Positions 58,826-64,000 of a DNA stretch of 64,000 nt are shown one piece after another. Positions within the stretch are counted from its first letter, which is position 1. Each line of letters opens with the position of its first letter. Source of the stretch: Octopus bimaculoides. Lineage: Eukaryota. The notes beneath the pieces are model-generated. The model was not told where the DNA came from. It made no database searches and saw only the letters and a program-made list of their open reading frames with translations. The stretch lies in the NCBI RefSeq assembly GCF_001194135.2, contig NC_068983.1:20306394-20370393 (forward strand), read 5' to 3'. A program made the translations under genes and the position numbers.

Positions 58826-58980
58826 GACTTCTATCTGTTTCTGTCTATCAAATCCACTCACAAGCTTTTCGTCGACCCGAGGCTAAAGTAGAAGACACTT
58901 GCCCAAGGTGTCACGTATCGTAACTGAACCCGGGACTTTGTAGTTGCGAAGCAAACTCCTTACCACTCGCCCACGCCTGC
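58505..58980 (-). mobile_element. SINE family B
   Basis: GGACTGCAGCCATACTGGGGCACC...(CA)n...AAGACACTTGCCCAAGGTG. Confidence 0.85.
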
Positions 58981-59039
58981 TTACGTAATTTATTTTTTGA
59001 TGAATGAGGGAGTATATGTGTGCGTTGAATAGGTGTGTA

Positions 59040-59229
59040 TACGAAGGGCTGCTGAAAAATTCCTAGCTTTAAGGGTGTCGCGAAAGTTCCCGAGTTCTTT
59101 TACAAGGTTTAGAAAAACTGAAGGACCACTGCAATGAGTGTATGAATCTGAGAGAGGACTAAGTTGAATAAAATCATAATTAATTGATCGTCTTACCCAA
59201 AGCCAGGAAGTTTTCAATTCCCACTCAGA
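59040..59229 (+). mobile_element. Second copy of the mariner-derived MITE
   Basis: TACGAAGGGCTGCTGAAAAATTCCTAG...GAAGGACCACTGCAAT..GAATCTGAGAG...CCAGGAAGTTTTCA; colinear with 19547-19761. Confidence 0.8.
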
Positions 59230-59426
59230 TGTGTGCAGCTAGGTTTGCTTGCGTGCATGCGCGTTAGAGATGAGAATGCAGGGTGTATGTATGTATGTAT
59301 GCATGTATGTATGTATGTATGCACCTGTATACGTACGTGCGTTGACAAACCTTAAAGCCATATACACATATTTGCACACACACCCACACATAAATATACA
59401 TACATATATATGTATGCATGCATGTC

Positions 59427-59457
<31 letters not shown>

Positions 59458-59599
59458 TCCTGCCCTTCAGAAAATAAAGTTTGCGTATGTGTGTGTGTGT
59501 GACTGAGCGTTCGTCATATGTGTATATTTAGGTGTTTGTCTAAGTGTGTGCATATATTGACATTTCGGAGTTCAACCTTGTGTGTGTGTGTGTGTGTGT

Positions 59600-59640
<41 letters not shown>

Positions 59641-59939
59641 CGAGAGCGAGTCGGCGCGCGCGCACCGGCAAGTGTATGTGGTTCAGAATATAATGAACAT
59701 GTGTGCTACGTGAGCGTACATTTCGTCTTGTGTTACGTATTTCAAAATAAAATGGCGAATCTCTCTACGTACGTTTTGTGTGTGTCGGTGCATGTATTTT
59801 AGTATTCGTAGTTCATTAAAATGATGAATTACTGAGAACGTGTATCCGGGTACAGGTGTAGATGAACGTTTGACTATGTTGTATATATCTGTGTATTGTG
59901 TATTCGTCAGTAGGCTCTGTGTTGTTCATGCACACATTC

Positions 59940-59970
<31 letters not shown>

Positions 59971-60194
59971 AACGAAACCATTTGACTTTGACGGAGTGTA
60001 GCTTAAAACAATTCGTTACAGTTTTATCAGCAAAATAAATTATGATATGGAACGGAAAATGTCGCAAACAAATAAAGAGATAAATAAATAAATGGTTAAA
60101 TAAATGAATATACAGATAAATAATTATTTTAAATGAAGTTGATTTATGTATTTATTTATCGTTTATATAGTATTGGGATGGGAAGAGTTAGATG

Positions 60195-60802
60195 CGATGC
60201 AGGGAAAAACTCTTCGAACATCAGAGAAAATGCTTTGCAGTATTTGTTCCGGCTCTTTATGTTATGATTTCAAAATCCGATGAGGTCTAAATTGTGTTTC
60301 ACCCTTTAGGAGTCGATAAAATAAAGTATCAATCAATGACTGGGGTCGATATAATTTACTGTTCCTTCCACACAGACGTTTTGGCCTGGTATTAATGTAC
60401 TATCATATGCACTTATGAGTTCAAATTCTGCTGAGGTCGACTTCGTCTTTCAACCTTTCGAGATCGATGAAATTAAAAACTAGTTACGCACTGGCGTCGA
60501 TGTAATCGATTATACCTCATACCTAAATTTCAGGACTTGTGCCTATAATAAAAAGGATTATTATTATTATTATTATTATTATTGAGGCGGTGAGCTGGAA
60601 GAATCGTTAGCTTAGCACATCGGGCGAAATGCTTAACAGTATTTCGTCTTTCGCTACGTTCTGAGTTCAAATTCCGCCGAGGTCAACTTTGTCTTTAATC
60701 CTTTCGGGGTCGTTAAATTAAGTACCAGTGAAACATTGAGGTTGATGTAATCGACTAGTCAACCCACCGAAATTTCATTAGAAAGGATTATTATTATTAT
60801 TA

Positions 60803-60834
<32 letters not shown>

Positions 60835-60835
60835 G
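60195..60835 (+). mobile_element. Three SINE-A copies in tandem
   Basis: About 60195-60395 (decayed), 60410-60580 and 60584-60835, separated by (ATT)n tails. Confidence 0.85.
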
Positions 60836-62443
60836 AGTGAGAGAGCAGTGCTTGCCATCAAAGTGACACTGGACACCAGACTGAAAACATCTTCAGGTAA
60901 AACACCCACCAGGTATCACATCAAGTGCTTTATATTCATTAAAGTTCATCAGCATCCTATCAACGCCAAGCCTCGACCTGAGTTCTCCGTTTCGAATCAA
61001 GGGTATGTCGTGGATTGATTATCCTGCTATCATGCAAGTTCCTGTGTACATGTCAACACTATATAGAATAAATGCCAATTGTTTGGTACAAATCCTTAAC
61101 ATTACATTCAACAGAGTTATAAGGCTTGTAATGTCTGCTACTACCGTTCTTATCCAGCAATAGTACCACCACTAATCTACAATTCACTCAACTGGAAATT
61201 CCTCTAGTCCACAGCTAGTCCCAATATAATCTCTGCCAAGACACCAACGAACAAATGGGTCATGCTACATTAAATTCATAATGAAGACCGCCCGTCTAAG
61301 CGACTTACCACACGCACAGTTAGACAACGTCCATTACATCATTAACTGAAATCGGATTTCCGCACTACACTACATCTTCCATAATGATTAACATCAAGCT
61401 GTCGAGTTAGGCATGGAAGGCTACCATTTTCCCTCTCCATTGGAACAGCTTAGTGAAATTCTGCTGAAAATCTCACACCTCCGACTAAAGTCACTCGAAG
61501 ATAGTATTGTGTTCGTTTACTAGATTCTTATTTGCCATCTGGACACATCGAACAGTTTTAGCGCTACCATGCCGGAAAAAAAATGCTGCTAAGCATCGTC
61601 CGTATTTAGCGTCACGTGGCATTTTCATCGCTCTGACTTCTGGTTGTCTCGTACGGTTGACGTATGGTATGTTATGACCCGTTTTGATGGTGAGTGTAGA
61701 CCCGGGTCAGGACGGGGTTGTATGGTATGTTATGACCTGTTCGTTTCGATGAGGCCCGGTGCGTTATAACCTGCTGTTTTTCAGCAGGTGGATTCACCAC
61801 CGGGGTCACTACTGGATTTTCGTATTTCGTTTCGGATTTCACTGGTGTGTGAAACCTCGCCGTTTCGGATGGGTGGATGCGCTGCTGTACATTTGCTTTC
61901 CACTATCGCTCACTATTGGCTACGGGTGGCTCCCACTTCGGCTCTGTAGTTAAGCTAACGGTCTCTTAACTTAGTCTTTAATTCAACCCACCCCTAGCCT
62001 AATGCTACCCGCTGGTATTTCCTTAACATAACCTATTGATCCAATGCTAATTTTCTTTTCCAAGTACATCTACCATTTGTTGATTATAATTTACGCCCGT
62101 CGGTTCTGCTCATGTAGCACATATCCTGTTTCTTGTGCGACTTCCACACCGTAAACGATGCGTTACATCTTTGTATTTGTCTCCAAATTATCTGGGGATG
62201 AAATGAGATGAATATATACAAAATATATGATTACGTGGACGAGCAATCTCGTTAATACAGGAGGAATATGAAGGACACCGCAGATTCAGAATCAAACTGA
62301 GCGCCTGGTAGTGTATATTTGATCCAATTCCGAAATTCAAAAGCGGAAACTTTGACTTTTACAGTATTGTAATCATATAAAAAGAAAATTTAGCTTTGCT
62401 TTCGAAAATTTAGTTTTATGGACAGTTGTACACCTTGCTCACT

Positions 62444-62487
<44 letters not shown>

Positions 62488-63189
62488 NNNNNNNNNNNNN
62501 NNNNNNNNNNNNNNNNNNNNNNNNNNNNNNNNNNNNNNNNNNNNNNNNNNNNNNNNNNNNNNNNNNNNNNNNNNNNNNNNNNNNNNNNNNNNNNNNNNNN
62601 NNNNNNNNNNNNNNNNNNNNNNNNNNNNNNNNNNNNNNNNNNNNNNNNNNNNNNNNNNNNNNNNNNNNNNNNNNNNNNNNNNNNNNNNNNNNNNNNNNNN
62701 NNNNNNNNNNNNNNNNNNNNNNNNNAAATTTTCATACCGGTGGCCAGCATGCGTAATAAAGTTAATAGACAACATATTATCATGTAAAATAGTGTACAAT
62801 TCAACGTATTTATACACAAAAGAGGTGACCTTTAACAGGACACCTTACGAAATGAAAAGAGCAGTTAAAGCCCAAACCACGAATAAGTGTAATTTCAAAG
62901 GGAATGACAATTAAAATAATGTTTGTAGTTACCCTGAGACTCGAGTTTCTGCATCAATGTGTAAATAAATTAATTTGCCATCCGTACTTCTTCAGTGAGG
63001 GCGCTAAAATTAATGCATATTTATGCAACAAATGGCACTGAAAATACACGTGCTACGTACTTATATATTATAATTTCCAAATCCACCGCGCAAGCGCAGA
63101 TACATTCAGCAGCATTTAATAATAAAAAAATTAAAACGGCTTCGAAATTATGAAGATTTTACTGTGAAAATAATAAGCGTAGAAAATTT

Positions 63190-63410
63190 AGAGAAATTTT
63201 CTTATATATATATATATAACGACTTCTTCTCTTTTAAACTCTACTTTACTTTTCTTTTATACGCTTCTAATTGATGAAGTACTATCGTCCGAAACGTTAA
63301 GAATTGCCGTTCTCTCAGCGTTAAGCTAATACATTTGTTACAATCTGCCCCTCGTGCATTGTCTTCTGTTGTGTTATTTTGTGACCATTGCTTTCAACCT
63401 ATATAGAGAT
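63190..63410 (+). mobile_element. Penelope-like terminal remnant with a decayed hammerhead core
   Basis: TTGATGA-A-GTAC-TATC-GTCC-GAAACGTT at 63271-63298. The downstream T-rich tail ends AACCTATATA, like 6500-6610. Confidence 0.45.
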
Positions 63411-63411
63411 T

Positions 63412-63687
63412 TTTATCTTTTACTTGTTTCAGTCATTTAACTGCGGCCATACCGGAGCACCACCTTAAAGAATTTTAATCGAAGAAATCGGCCCCCAAGA
63501 CTTATTCTTTGTATGCCTAGTACTTATTCTATGGGTATCTTTTGCCGAAACATCGGTTATCAAGCGATGGTGGGGGACAAACACAAAGACACACCTACAT
63601 ATATATATATATATATATGACGGACGTCTCTCAGTTTGCGTCTACCAAAGCCACTCACAAGGCTTTGGTAGGCCCAAAGCTATAGTA
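63412..63687 (-). mobile_element. SINE family B, 5'-truncated
   Basis: TTTTACTTGTTTCAGTCATTTAACTGCGGCCAT...(TA)n-CGACGG..CTACCAAAGCCACTCACAAGGCTTTGG. Confidence 0.85.
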
Positions 63688-63966
63688 TTCAGTCTCACTG
63701 CATGGCCCAATGTTTACTAGTGGTCTTTTGAGTGAAAATGGGTATGCTCATCATGTGTGCGCGCGCATCATCAGTGTCGGCTTTTCCGATTAGATCGCTT
63801 GGGAAAACGGTTCTCTGTTTACGTCTGGTAAATTAGTGACATAAGAAATAAAAATACTAAGCTGCTTCAAAGCCGTTTACTCACACACACACACGAGATT
63901 GAGAGATACACATTCATATCCACAGAAACCTACATTACGTAACATTCATATGTACATAGGAAAGAA

Positions 63967-64000
63967 GGCGGCGAGCTGGCAGAAACGTTAGCACGCCGGG
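63967..64000 (+). mobile_element. SINE family A head (continues beyond window)
   Basis: GGCGGCGAGCTGGCAGAAACGTTAGCACGCCGGG. Confidence 0.85.

Noticed and set aside
61000-61600. Possible decayed APE endonuclease region (EQL, hydrophobic-D spacing)
   Set aside because: Too degenerate; no intact GDFN or SDH motif, so it is not supportable without a profile search.
1-64000. Assigning families A-G to the published octopus SINE names (OK, OR1, OR2) or naming the species
   Set aside because: Requires alignment to reference consensus sequences that I cannot run; neutral labels are used instead.

Overview
A 64 kb stretch of repeat-saturated eukaryotic draft assembly with about 19 N-gaps and many TA/CA/GA/AAT microsatellites. 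The SINE repertoire and low-complexity load suggest a coleoid cephalopod, probably Octopus (inference, no database check). I recognise no host protein-coding gene, rRNA, functional tRNA or CRISPR array; it reads as a large intron or intergenic region. Almost all ORF-track entries are microsatellite, gap or SINE artefacts. Supported content: (i) at least five tRNA-derived SINE families, labelled A, B, C, D and G here, plus a diverged family E; (ii) decayed LINEs of several clades (Tx1/L1 x2, RTE, R4/Dong-like, CR1/L2-like) and Penelope-like remnants; (iii) DNA elements: a Helitron with intact CTAG 3' end and PIF1 helicase remnant, a Chapaev-type transposase end with terminus, two mariner MITEs, a piggyBac-type MITE and a 148-bp palindromic MITE. 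The most interesting signals are: a SINE-A subfamily that shares its 3' tail with a Tx1-clade LINE in this same window and recurs as a fixed-junction dimer; a near-perfect 148-nt foldback hairpin; three decayed hammerhead-ribozyme-like cores; modular domain swapping among SINE families; and LINE insertions into SINE (AAT)n tails. Coordinates of decayed repeats are approximate (about +/-10 nt).
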